From contig CM097885.1 of assembly GCA_044892525.1 (NCBI GenBank), forward strand, positions 16,246,001-16,310,000: a DNA stretch of 64,000 nucleotides. Direction: 5' to 3'. The notes beneath the pieces are model-generated. The model did not search any database. It was given only the letters and a program-made list of their open reading frames with translations, and was not told where the DNA came from. Made by a program: the position numbers and the translations under genes. Position 1 is the stretch's first letter; each line of letters begins with the position of its first letter. The stretch is from Schmidtea polychroa. Taxonomy: Eukaryota. This document shows positions 28,548 through 37,378 of the stretch, one piece after another.

Positions 28548-28740
28548 TGAGGATGTCAACTAGCAAGTTGCTATTTGACTAATTTATAATTTTATAAATC
28601 TTAATCTTGAAGAATAAAAAATTTTATGAAAATAGTAAAACTGCTCTGAGAGGACAGTGGTATTTTTTTTTTTTTTTTTTTTTCACTGTCCTCTCAACAG
28701 TTTTTTTTGATCCGGATCATTTTTTTTTTTTTTTATTTCA

Positions 28741-29038
28741 ACCTCTTTCGTTTATCAAATCTCTTCCAATATACAAGCTGGCCAGACTTATATATCAGAA
28801 TCAATTCGATAATAGCAGCACACCTTATTATTCGCTTCTCGCTCACGAAGTCGATTTCATCGGCGTTTTAAGTGTGCTGCTCGAAAGTACAAATGAATTC
28901 GAAAGCGAATCCGAAAGAGGTCCGAAAACAACCAAGAAATAAATGTGCACATTATAGAATCGATCCGGGGGTGTTCGAAAGACTGGTGGCGATAATTACC
29001 GGTTCGCCACCATCACCCGTTTCAATATTTTTTTTTTC
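28741..29038 (+). ncRNA. Candidate structured non-coding RNA or ssDNA element in Polinton A left arm
   Basis: Several long-range helices, GAAA loops, terminal T-run; conserved in B at 59249-59546; strand is inferred. Confidence 0.45.
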
Positions 29039-29170
29039 ATATTTATGTTTAAAAATTAATTAATTAATAAATAAATAAATAAAATAAACAAGATTTATTT
29101 CCTAAGATACCCACACCATTTTTCAATATTATTTTCAAATTTTTAATATTATTTTATGTTGAAAAAAAAA

Positions 29171-29245
29171 CTAACCTCAGACGTGATTTGAACCGCTAGC
29201 ATTTGAACCACTGTGCCAGTCTATTCCCACTGCGCTATCGGAGTT
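29171..29245 (-). ncRNA. tRNA-like Pol III unit A1
   Basis: Minus strand A-box TAGCGCAGTGG, B-box GGTTCAAATC, T9 terminator. Confidence 0.65.
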
Positions 29246-29414
29246 CGGATTTTTGTCATTTTTTAAATTTTTAATTAATAAAAAAATAAAATAAAATAAA
29301 TAAAATAAAATAAAAATAAATAAAAATAAATAAAATAAAATATTAATCTAAGATACCCACACCATTTTCAATATTATTTTCAAATTTTTAATATTATTTT
29401 ATGTTAAAAAAAAA

Positions 29415-29489
29415 CTAACCGTAGTTAGGATTTGAACCGCTATCCATTTGAACCACTGTGCCAGTCTAGCCCACTGCGCTATCGGAGTT
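29415..29489 (-). ncRNA. tRNA-like Pol III unit A2 (tandem duplicate of A1)
   Basis: A-box TAGCGCAGTGG, B-box GGTTCAAATCC, T9 terminator. Confidence 0.65.
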
Positions 29490-29525
29490 CGGATTTTTAT
29501 CATTTTTTAAATTTTTATTATAAAA

Positions 29526-30821
29526 ATGAATAATATAAATCTTAAAATTCAAGAAAAAAATAAATTAAATCTTGATTATAATAAAGAATTTACTCATGAA
29601 ATTAAAAAAAATGATATTTTAAAAATATCCCCAACTTCAGGATCTATTGCAAACTTAAATCGTAGGGGTGATATAGTTTTTCAATCTCTTCAAACATCAA
29701 ACCCAATAGATATTTGTAATGCCAAATTATATTATAAAATCGAATTAGAAATTGAAGCAAACAAAGATATAACCCTAGAAAATAATTTCTTTCCAAATTT
29801 ATTCTCCAACATGAGATTAAAACTAGGATCATCAGAAATTGAAACTGTTTTGCACCCAGGAGTATATTCTACAATGTTAAATTTTATTTTAACTGGTTGT
29901 GATTATAAAAACGAATATGGTGAATTAACAGGTTGGATTCCTGATGTTAATAAAGGAGATTTAGATAAAGATGGTTTAGATGTAAACCATGGTTACTATA
30001 AAAGAGCTGAACTTTATAAGTTGAAAAAATTTGAAGGTTATTTTGAATTAAAACACTTGTTCGGATTCCTTCAAAACTATAACCGGGTGCTCCATAATGT
30101 TTTTATAGAATTAGTTTGTAATAGAGTAGAAGGTGATAAAAGATTGTTCTATGGAGCTGCAGATACAAAAGCTAAATTAAAATTATCAACACTTGAATTG
30201 CATATACCTGAATGGACATTAAATCCACATTCTGAGATTAAACTCCTTGAAAGATTAAATTCCAACAAATCTATAAATGTAAATTATTTAAATAGAATCT
30301 GTAGTGAATTTAGTATGACAGAGGGTTCAACATATTCTATAAAGGTAGCAAATTTAGCATACCGACCAAGATATATCTTGATTGGATTCAAAGAAGTAGA
30401 TTCATCTTTCCAAAAAAATAACAATCTATTTATTCAAAAGATTGGAGATGATAATTTAAAAACAATCCAAATTCAATTAAATAGTTCTTATTATCCAATA
30501 AATAGAATGGAATTTAATATTGAAAATAATGAAAACATATTCCCATATCTAAATTATATTGAAACATGTTATTATTTCAAAGTTGAACCGCAATTAAGTT
30601 TAGAAGATTTCAAAAATTTATATTCTATATTTTGTATAAATGTATCAGACCAAGATGATCGCCTAGCTATAAATAATGTTGATGTTACACTTCATGTAAC
30701 AAAGGATTCTAATTTTAAAGCTAAAGTATATACATTAATATTAGAAGAAAAGAAAATAGAAATGAAATTATATGGTGGAAAGATTTCAATTATTGAAAAT
30801 GTTAAGGGAGATTCTTCATAA
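29526..30821 (+). CDS. Major capsid protein (double jelly-roll, Polinton PY)
   Basis: 431 aa; LENNFFPNLFSNMRLKLG..IE, RPRYILIGF, IFCINVS motifs; genomic context. Confidence 0.85.
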   Translation: MNNINLKIQEKNKLNLDYNKEFTHEIKKNDILKISPTSGSIANLNRRGDIVFQSLQTSNPIDICNAKLYYKIELEIEANKDITLENNFFPNLFSNMRLKLGSSEIETVLHPGVYSTMLNFILTGCDYKNEYGELTGWIPDVNKGDLDKDGLDVNHGYYKRAELYKLKKFEGYFELKHLFGFLQNYNRVLHNVFIELVCNRVEGDKRLFYGAADTKAKLKLSTLELHIPEWTLNPHSEIKLLERLNSNKSINVNYLNRICSEFSMTEGSTYSIKVANLAYRPRYILIGFKEVDSSFQKNNNLFIQKIGDDNLKTIQIQLNSSYYPINRMEFNIENNENIFPYLNYIETCYYFKVEPQLSLEDFKNLYSIFCINVSDQDDRLAINNVDVTLHVTKDSNFKAKVYTLILEEKKIEMKLYGGKISIIENVKGDSS

Positions 30822-30850
30822 GTAGATTCCCCCATAAAAAAACTTTTAAA

Positions 30851-32263
30851 ATGAGTAAATATTGGACATGTGAAAGTTGTAATTGTCAAGTTACAAGACA
30901 TCACAAAGCAAGTCATCTCAAAACTAAAAAACATACGAGAGTTGATATTACAGGAGGCGACCTACAATCTTCAAAAACAACATCTACAATATTAAAACCT
31001 TTTACTACAGAAAAATATCCAGGTGAAAGACATTTATTCCGTCACAATTATACTGGGCCAGGAACAAGATTAGATATTAGATTAGATGAAAATAATAATC
31101 CTAAACAAGGAGAAGAACCAATAAATAGAATTGATCAAGCAGCTTTAAAACATGACATTGCTTACAACTCTGAAGATCTTAGAGATAGACATGTTGCTGA
31201 TGTGAATTTAATACATGATTTAAATAATATACAAAATCCATCAAGCAAGGAAAAGATTCAAAGAGCTCTAGTTAAATTAGCAATGAAAGGTAAGATTTTC
31301 ATAGGCTTAGGACACAGTCCGATCACCATGGGTGCAAGATTTCCTAGGAAAGCAAAAGATGTTGCTAATAAAAAGATTATCGAACAAGCAGAGATTGAAA
31401 GATCCCTCGAGAGTACAGCTAAGACTAGTTTACAAACCCCAACAGAATCAGAAATAAAATATGCTAATGAATTACACCATGAATTTAGAAAAAATAAAAA
31501 ATATTTAAAAGTTCAAGTACATGAAAAAGATCAAACATGGTCTGCAGATTTAGTCTTTATGCCAACCAAATCATCAGACCCTGAAAAATATAAAATAATT
31601 TTAACAGTAATAGATTTATATACAAGATTTGCTTTTGCAAGGTGTTTAGAAAATAAAACAGGATATTCTATTACAGAAGCATTTGAAAATATATTTGAAG
31701 AACATCAAAGAATTCCAAAATATTTATGGTGTGATAAAGGAACAGAATTTTATAACAAAGTTTTTACAAAGTTTTTAAATGAAAATGATATTAAATTATA
31801 TTCAACAGAAAACGAAGGAAAAGCAGTCGTAGTTGAAAGATTAAATAGAACATTAAAAAATAAAATGTGGAAATATTTTACTGCTATTGGAAAACAAAAA
31901 TGGAACAATGAATTGTTACAAAAGATTGTAAATGAATATAATAATGATGTACATAGTTCTATAAAATCAACACCTTTAAATGCTTCCATGAAGCCTGAAA
32001 CCATTAAAGTGGTAAATATTGAAAATGATGTTATTGTTGATACAACCCCTATAAAACCAAAGTTTAAAATTGGTGACCGAGTAAGAATATTTAAATATAA
32101 AAATAAATTTGAAAAAGGATTCACAGCAAAATGGACAAATGAAATTTTTATTATAAATAAAATACATTATACAACTCCAATAACATATAGCATCATTGAT
32201 TTAAATAATGAAAAAATATTAGGTAGATTTTATAATAATGAACTACAGAAAACAGATTTTTAA
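30851..32263 (+). CDS. Zn finger + parvovirus-type PLA2 domain fused to a retroviral-like DDE integrase
   Basis: CESC..HLKTKKH; NYTGPG..DQAALKHDIAY..RHVAD; WSADL, WCDKGTEF, VERLNRTLK. Confidence 0.92.
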   Translation: MSKYWTCESCNCQVTRHHKASHLKTKKHTRVDITGGDLQSSKTTSTILKPFTTEKYPGERHLFRHNYTGPGTRLDIRLDENNNPKQGEEPINRIDQAALKHDIAYNSEDLRDRHVADVNLIHDLNNIQNPSSKEKIQRALVKLAMKGKIFIGLGHSPITMGARFPRKAKDVANKKIIEQAEIERSLESTAKTSLQTPTESEIKYANELHHEFRKNKKYLKVQVHEKDQTWSADLVFMPTKSSDPEKYKIILTVIDLYTRFAFARCLENKTGYSITEAFENIFEEHQRIPKYLWCDKGTEFYNKVFTKFLNENDIKLYSTENEGKAVVVERLNRTLKNKMWKYFTAIGKQKWNNELLQKIVNEYNNDVHSSIKSTPLNASMKPETIKVVNIENDVIVDTTPIKPKFKIGDRVRIFKYKNKFEKGFTAKWTNEIFIINKIHYTTPITYSIIDLNNEKILGRFYNNELQKTDF

Positions 32264-32274
32264 GTCGACAAGCC

Positions 32275-33054
32275 CTAAAACAAACTTTTCCATATTTCAG
32301 CTTCTTCTCTATCCAAATAAATATAATTATATTTTTCTTTCCAATGATTATCAACAAACATATCAAACATATTCTTATCAGGTTCAACATTTGAAAATAA
32401 ATCATTATAAATCATATTCTTATCACGCTTGTCTAATTTAAAAAATATAAAACAATTAGAATTATTTCTTATAGAGTTTTTATCTAAAGCATAATATGTT
32501 TGAGATATATAAATAACATTACAATTATTATGTCGACCTCGTGTAAAGTAACTCTTTTGAATCTCTTGATTTTTCATATTAACAACATCATCAAATATAA
32601 CTAGATTCTTTTTATCTTTAGGAAGTAAATCACAATGTAAAACATCTTCAGGTTTATTAGAGAATAAGATCTGGATTCCATCCCCTATATAATCATTTTT
32701 ATTACTAATATCTGATTCTAAAATCTTTTCCTTGTACCAATCAACCATATCACAAGGATGAAAAACCTCTTCGGGATATGTATGTTGATTTTTAAAAATA
32801 TCAATTATAGCTTTTTTAGTTAATTTATTTTCAAATCCACATTTCAAAAGTTGTAATTCCGGTTGGTTAATGGTTGTAGAATAAAAGATTAAATTATTAT
32901 AATCCAAAAATCCATCTTCTAATAACATTCTCATAAGAAGAACATTCTTTCCACATCCAGAAGATCCAATAATTAAGCATCTAAAATTATCAGGAAATAC
33001 TTTAATATTAAATTTAGATTTATGTCTATTTAAAATTGGTTTCCAAGTATCCAT
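32275..33054 (-). CDS. FtsK/A32-like DNA packaging ATPase
   Basis: Walker A GSSGCGKN, Walker B VIFDD, RGRHNN. Confidence 0.93.
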   Translation of the reverse strand: MDTWKPILNRHKSKFNIKVFPDNFRCLIIGSSGCGKNVLLMRMLLEDGFLDYNNLIFYSTTINQPELQLLKCGFENKLTKKAIIDIFKNQHTYPEEVFHPCDMVDWYKEKILESDISNKNDYIGDGIQILFSNKPEDVLHCDLLPKDKKNLVIFDDVVNMKNQEIQKSYFTRGRHNNCNVIYISQTYYALDKNSIRNNSNCFIFFKLDKRDKNMIYNDLFSNVEPDKNMFDMFVDNHWKEKYNYIYLDREEAEIWKSLF

Positions 33055-33070
33055 TTTTATTTATTATAAA

Positions 33071-33586
33071 ATGACAACACAAAACCCTACAGAGGAATCT
33101 TTGCAAGAATTAATAAATTCAAATAAAAATAAATCAGTAGTAATCTCTGGTAAAAAATATTTTATTGGAAAACATGTAAAAGAACAAGTTGAAGAAAAAC
33201 TAAAGGAAGGAGGGATTCTTCCTCTGGCGGCTTTAATACCTGCAATCATTGCCGGACTATCAGGTGCTGCTGGAATAGCTGGAGGAATTGCAACTACAGT
33301 TCAAAAAGCTAAAGAATCTCAAAAGACAGACCTAGAAAAAGAAAAACTACAAACTGAAATCGAGAAAATGAAGGGAGGGAAAGGTCTTTATCTTGATCCT
33401 TATAAAGGTCGTGGTTTAAATGATTTTTTAAAAAATCAAATTTCTACATCTGAATCTTTATCTTCAAAAGATAAAGATGATTTAAAAAAAATATGTAAAT
33501 CTTTAAAAAATGGATGTCTTTGTAAAATTAAAAATGGTAAAGGTTTATACTTGAAACCCTTTCCAACGGATCCTTTACCAAAATGA
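33071..33586 (+). CDS. Putative virion core or membrane-active protein with adenovirus pX-like segment
   Basis: GGILPLAALIPAIIAG and repeated GKGLYLxP. Confidence 0.6.
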   Translation: MTTQNPTEESLQELINSNKNKSVVISGKKYFIGKHVKEQVEEKLKEGGILPLAALIPAIIAGLSGAAGIAGGIATTVQKAKESQKTDLEKEKLQTEIEKMKGGKGLYLDPYKGRGLNDFLKNQISTSESLSSKDKDDLKKICKSLKNGCLCKIKNGKGLYLKPFPTDPLPK

Positions 33587-33608
33587 TACCATTTTTAATA
33601 CCATTAAA

Positions 33609-34406
33609 ATGGTATATGAAGAAAGATTAGCACTTTTAAAAGAATTACAATCAGAACAAGATAAATATAATAAAAAAGATACAACTCAACACGCTGAATC
33701 TATAATATTAAATGAGGTAATCCAACAACAACAAGGACCAACAATTAAAGCCATAAAAGAGTTAGAAGTTTTAAAATTTAAAGAGTTGGAAGATAAACAA
33801 GATTTAAAAGAATTACCATGGTTGGAAGATTTAAATATAAAACCTCTTATACTTGATCCTAAAATTAATGTGAGTTTAAGTAAAACAATTAAACCTACAT
33901 TTAATATTAATGTTGAAGGATATCAAATAATAACAATTAATAAACATGACTTTCTGTTATATTTATATTCAGAAAATAAATCACGTATTCATTCACAAAA
34001 TGTTTATAATACTAAACACCTAGATTTTGAATTTACAGATGATTTTTATGGATTAGTTTGTGGATATCCCTCAGAGAATGTTGATCTTCTAGAAATTAAA
34101 AAATATTTAAATTTAATAGAATTAGTACATGGTAGTGCTAAAGCAAAACATATTCAAGATTTAAAGAAATATTTAAATAAAAATGAAAGGGGTTATATTG
34201 TCACAGAAGGAGAGGGCCAGGGTCAGGGCCAGGGAAAGGGTAAGGAGATAAACCCAATCAATCTTTTTATTGAATTAAGAAAACTATTAGCAGCTAAAAA
34301 AGCAGGACATAATAATTTAGATTCTGATATTTTAAAGATTTCTAAAGAATTATTAAAACAAGGAATAATTTCAAAAGATAAATTTAATAAATATACGAAG
34401 TTATAA
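33609..34406 (+). CDS. Polinton protein of unknown function
   Basis: 265-aa intact ORF, GxG repeat, C-terminal LLAAKKAGHNN..ELLKQGII. Confidence 0.7.
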   Translation: MVYEERLALLKELQSEQDKYNKKDTTQHAESIILNEVIQQQQGPTIKAIKELEVLKFKELEDKQDLKELPWLEDLNIKPLILDPKINVSLSKTIKPTFNINVEGYQIITINKHDFLLYLYSENKSRIHSQNVYNTKHLDFEFTDDFYGLVCGYPSENVDLLEIKKYLNLIELVHGSAKAKHIQDLKKYLNKNERGYIVTEGEGQGQGQGKGKEINPINLFIELRKLLAAKKAGHNNLDSDILKISKELLKQGIISKDKFNKYTKL

Positions 34407-34428
34407 ATACGAAGTTATAAAATATAAA

Positions 34429-34860
34429 ATGACTCCTTCAATATTAGATTTTTTAAAAACATTTGGAATAAATACAAAAACAAATTTTGATTTAAAAGAT
34501 TATGCAGATTATTTAAATTTAAAAATAAAAATATTAATGAATGATGAATTGTCGAGTCTGAAAGAAGACACTCCAAAGAATATCATTATAAATTATCAAA
34601 ATTCAAATGAAAAAGGATCTCATTGGGTTTTTATATATAATAAATCTATATACTTTGATTCTTTTGGGATTAAACCCACTAAAGAAGTTGAAGACTATCT
34701 CTCGGACTACACTTTTAATTCATTACAAGTTCAACCTAATAATACTAAAATATGTGGTATTTTAAGCTTATATGTTTTGTATAGATTGAATAAATCCAAA
34801 GGAGAAGGTTTCACTTCCTTAATCCAAGAAATTTATAATGATTTAAAATCTATACTATGA
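34429..34860 (+). CDS. Adenain-like cysteine protease
   Basis: GSHWV, YFDSFG, QVQ..ICG (His-Asp-Cys triad). Confidence 0.92.
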   Translation: MTPSILDFLKTFGINTKTNFDLKDYADYLNLKIKILMNDELSSLKEDTPKNIIINYQNSNEKGSHWVFIYNKSIYFDSFGIKPTKEVEDYLSDYTFNSLQVQPNNTKICGILSLYVLYRLNKSKGEGFTSLIQEIYNDLKSIL

Positions 34861-35627
34861 AAATGGAGCTTCGCAACCTTCCGGAAGATAATTTAAAAAA
34901 AATGGTAAACATAATGTCAGATAAATATTCAAGAACTTTATCTATAAATTCAAAAGAATCAGACTTTACTATAAACTTTCAAGATTCAATTAAATTAGAT
35001 CAAAATTTAAATTATGAATTAGGACTATTATGGTTTTGTGCTTATAATACTATTTTTAATATAACTAAAGATAATAACATATTTTATTATATAAGCCCAA
35101 AATCTACAGATAAGATTATAATAACAATCGAACCCGGAGCTTATGAGATAAAAGATTTAAATAATATACTTTCTAAAAAAACAAATGGAGTCATTAAAAT
35201 TAAAATGGATTTACCAACTTCAAAATGTATAATGACTTTAGAGAATATAGGAATTCATTTTCAAAATAATAGTTTCTTTAGAACAATTTTAGGATTTACA
35301 CGAAACCATTATATCACACCTGTAGTTGAGAATATAACATCAGAAAATATTATAAAAATAATAAATACAAACACAATAAATATTCATTGCGATTGTATAA
35401 CAGGTTCTTATAATAATGGTAAACAAACAAATGTTTTATATTCCTTTCCCTCAAACACAGTTCCTATGGGATATAAAATAGTTGAAAGAATGAATCCTCC
35501 AAATTATTTACCTTTATGTAGAAAATATATAATGGATATTAATTTTAAAATTCTTAATCAAGAAGGAGAATTGATTGATTTTAATGGAGAAGAGATTTCA
35601 ATGTATTTACATTTGAAACAGGTTTGA
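34857..35627 (+). CDS. Minor capsid protein (penton, PX)
   Basis: IEPGAYEI, NIHCDCITGSY.NG...VLYSF, IDFNGE. Confidence 0.85.
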   Translation: MKMELRNLPEDNLKKMVNIMSDKYSRTLSINSKESDFTINFQDSIKLDQNLNYELGLLWFCAYNTIFNITKDNNIFYYISPKSTDKIIITIEPGAYEIKDLNNILSKKTNGVIKIKMDLPTSKCIMTLENIGIHFQNNSFFRTILGFTRNHYITPVVENITSENIIKIINTNTINIHCDCITGSYNNGKQTNVLYSFPSNTVPMGYKIVERMNPPNYLPLCRKYIMDINFKILNQEGELIDFNGEEISMYLHLKQV

Positions 35628-35664
35628 ATACGAAGTTCCACATGTCATTTTAAATTATTAATAA

Positions 35665-36675
35665 ATGAGTTCTTATATTCCATGTAATAGAGGTGGTGGA
35701 ACAATAAAAACAGGGTTTAATACAGAAGAAATATTAACTTTAACAGAAAATAAATATATTAATGAAAGAGGTGATTCAATGAAGGGTGATTTAATTTTAA
35801 ATGGACACAAGATAAAAGAATTATCTTTTCCAACTGATGAAGCTGATGCAGTTAATAAGAAATATGTTGATGGTGTTAAAAATTATACTGATTTAACAAC
35901 AACAAGAATTGAAAGTTCATTAACAACAAAAATGGATTCAATGGAATCAAAGCTTAATAATATCGAACAACGATTTAATGATAAATTTGACAAGTTACAA
36001 AGTCTGTTAACTGAACAAGTTGTAAAGTTAAATACTAGCATATTAAATTCTAAAGATAAACAAATTATGAATACTAAATTTAATACAATATATAATATAA
36101 TAAATGAGATGATTACATCATTTAATAAAAGAATTTCAAATTTAGAGTCTCATGGAACACACATTAACACCACACATAGTATTAGAAAAAGAGCTGCTGA
36201 ATTAGAACAGAATAAAACATTATTACCCCATACATATAAACATTTTATAGAACCAAGTTTAATAACAACAAACAGTAAAGAATGGGGTGTTTTTATGGTT
36301 GTAAAGATTATTGATCCTTATTTCTTTTTGTTTGATGATGATAATGAAAGAATGAAATGGTTTGTGAAATGTGATTATAATAGTAAGCTTGAAAAGGGTG
36401 ATGTTATAATGACTAGTTATGATTTACCACACGGAGATTGGTATGTTAATACTCATTCACATGGACTACATAAAGTTAAAAGTAAGAATATTATTTTTAA
36501 AAGCACACTTGTACAATATATAGGTTTAATATTTTATGAAAAAAAGGTTGATGTTGATGAAGTTCGTAAAGCATTGAGAGAATTGTATAAAGATATCCTC
36601 TCAACAAGAGTTTCTTTTGATATCCGAGTATTGGTGACAGATGGTGCTCAGAAGAATAAAGTCTTATTTTTTTAA
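35665..36675 (+). CDS. Putative fibre/spike protein
   Basis: GDLILNGHKI..PTDEADAVNKKYVD tail-fibre-like motif, coiled coil, C-terminal globular part. Confidence 0.55.
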   Translation: MSSYIPCNRGGGTIKTGFNTEEILTLTENKYINERGDSMKGDLILNGHKIKELSFPTDEADAVNKKYVDGVKNYTDLTTTRIESSLTTKMDSMESKLNNIEQRFNDKFDKLQSLLTEQVVKLNTSILNSKDKQIMNTKFNTIYNIINEMITSFNKRISNLESHGTHINTTHSIRKRAAELEQNKTLLPHTYKHFIEPSLITTNSKEWGVFMVVKIIDPYFFLFDDDNERMKWFVKCDYNSKLEKGDVIMTSYDLPHGDWYVNTHSHGLHKVKSKNIIFKSTLVQYIGLIFYEKKVDVDEVRKALRELYKDILSTRVSFDIRVLVTDGAQKNKVLFF

Positions 36676-36683
36676 TTATTAAA

Positions 36684-37305
36684 ATGGACAAAGTCCAAAA
36701 GATGGAAGAAGTAAGAGAAGAAAAAAATTTATCCAGAGCTCCCTCCAGAATTGAGATCATCAGGATATTATTTTTCCAAGGCCTCGGCTCCCACAGAACT
36801 TGAAATTATGAGAGTAAAAGAATTTAAATCAGAAACCTTACATTTACAAGATTTATTAAAGCATTATAAAAAAATTAAAAATAGATGGAATAAAGGGAAT
36901 ACAGTTTTAAAAGTTATAGGTTATTCTTTAGGATTTGCATCTGCAATATTAACAGTTATTTTACCCATAACTTTACCAGTTGTTACTCTTGCACCTGTAA
37001 TACTTGGAAGTATTTCTGTAGCTGATGGTTTCTTAACTGAAATAGTTTCATTATCTTATACTTCTAAAAAGAAAAGTTTATATAGAGAAGTTTGTTTATC
37101 AATAGAATTAGGAATCTCTAAATTATTTTTATTTCAATTAAAAGCTTTGGAAGATGGAATCTTAACTGATGATGAAATAATGAAATCAAATCAAATAATA
37201 CAAGATATTAAAAATAATATTAATAGATTAAAAAGTGCTAATGTTATAAGTAATGAATATTCTAAAAAAATTAAACGAGAGAAGTGGCTAAAGAATCATA
37301 CATAA
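36684..37305 (+). CDS. Hydrophobic-hairpin Polinton protein (gasderminX-like); likely start 36684 with a 1-nt frameshift in the A7 run at 36721
   Basis: Two hydrophobic segments and KALEDGILTDDE; removing one A joins MDKVQK.. to IYPELP.. Confidence 0.6.
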
Positions 37306-37378
37306 AAAAATTTTTTGCCCTTCAAAAGGTTGATGTTGTCACTCTTAAATTAATTGTTGACATTTTTAAAAAAAAAAA

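Noticed and set aside
28607..29063. Short ORFs over the structured arm (also 21813-22260, 59121-59568)
   Set aside because: They cross variable-length homopolymers, so starts and frames differ between A and B
29171..29489. Calling the Pol III units functional tRNAs
   Set aside because: Acceptor and anticodon stems are not canonical
36715..36735. Programmed -1 frameshift at A_AAA_AAT
   Set aside because: Joining the frames needs +1; a homopolymer indel is simpler
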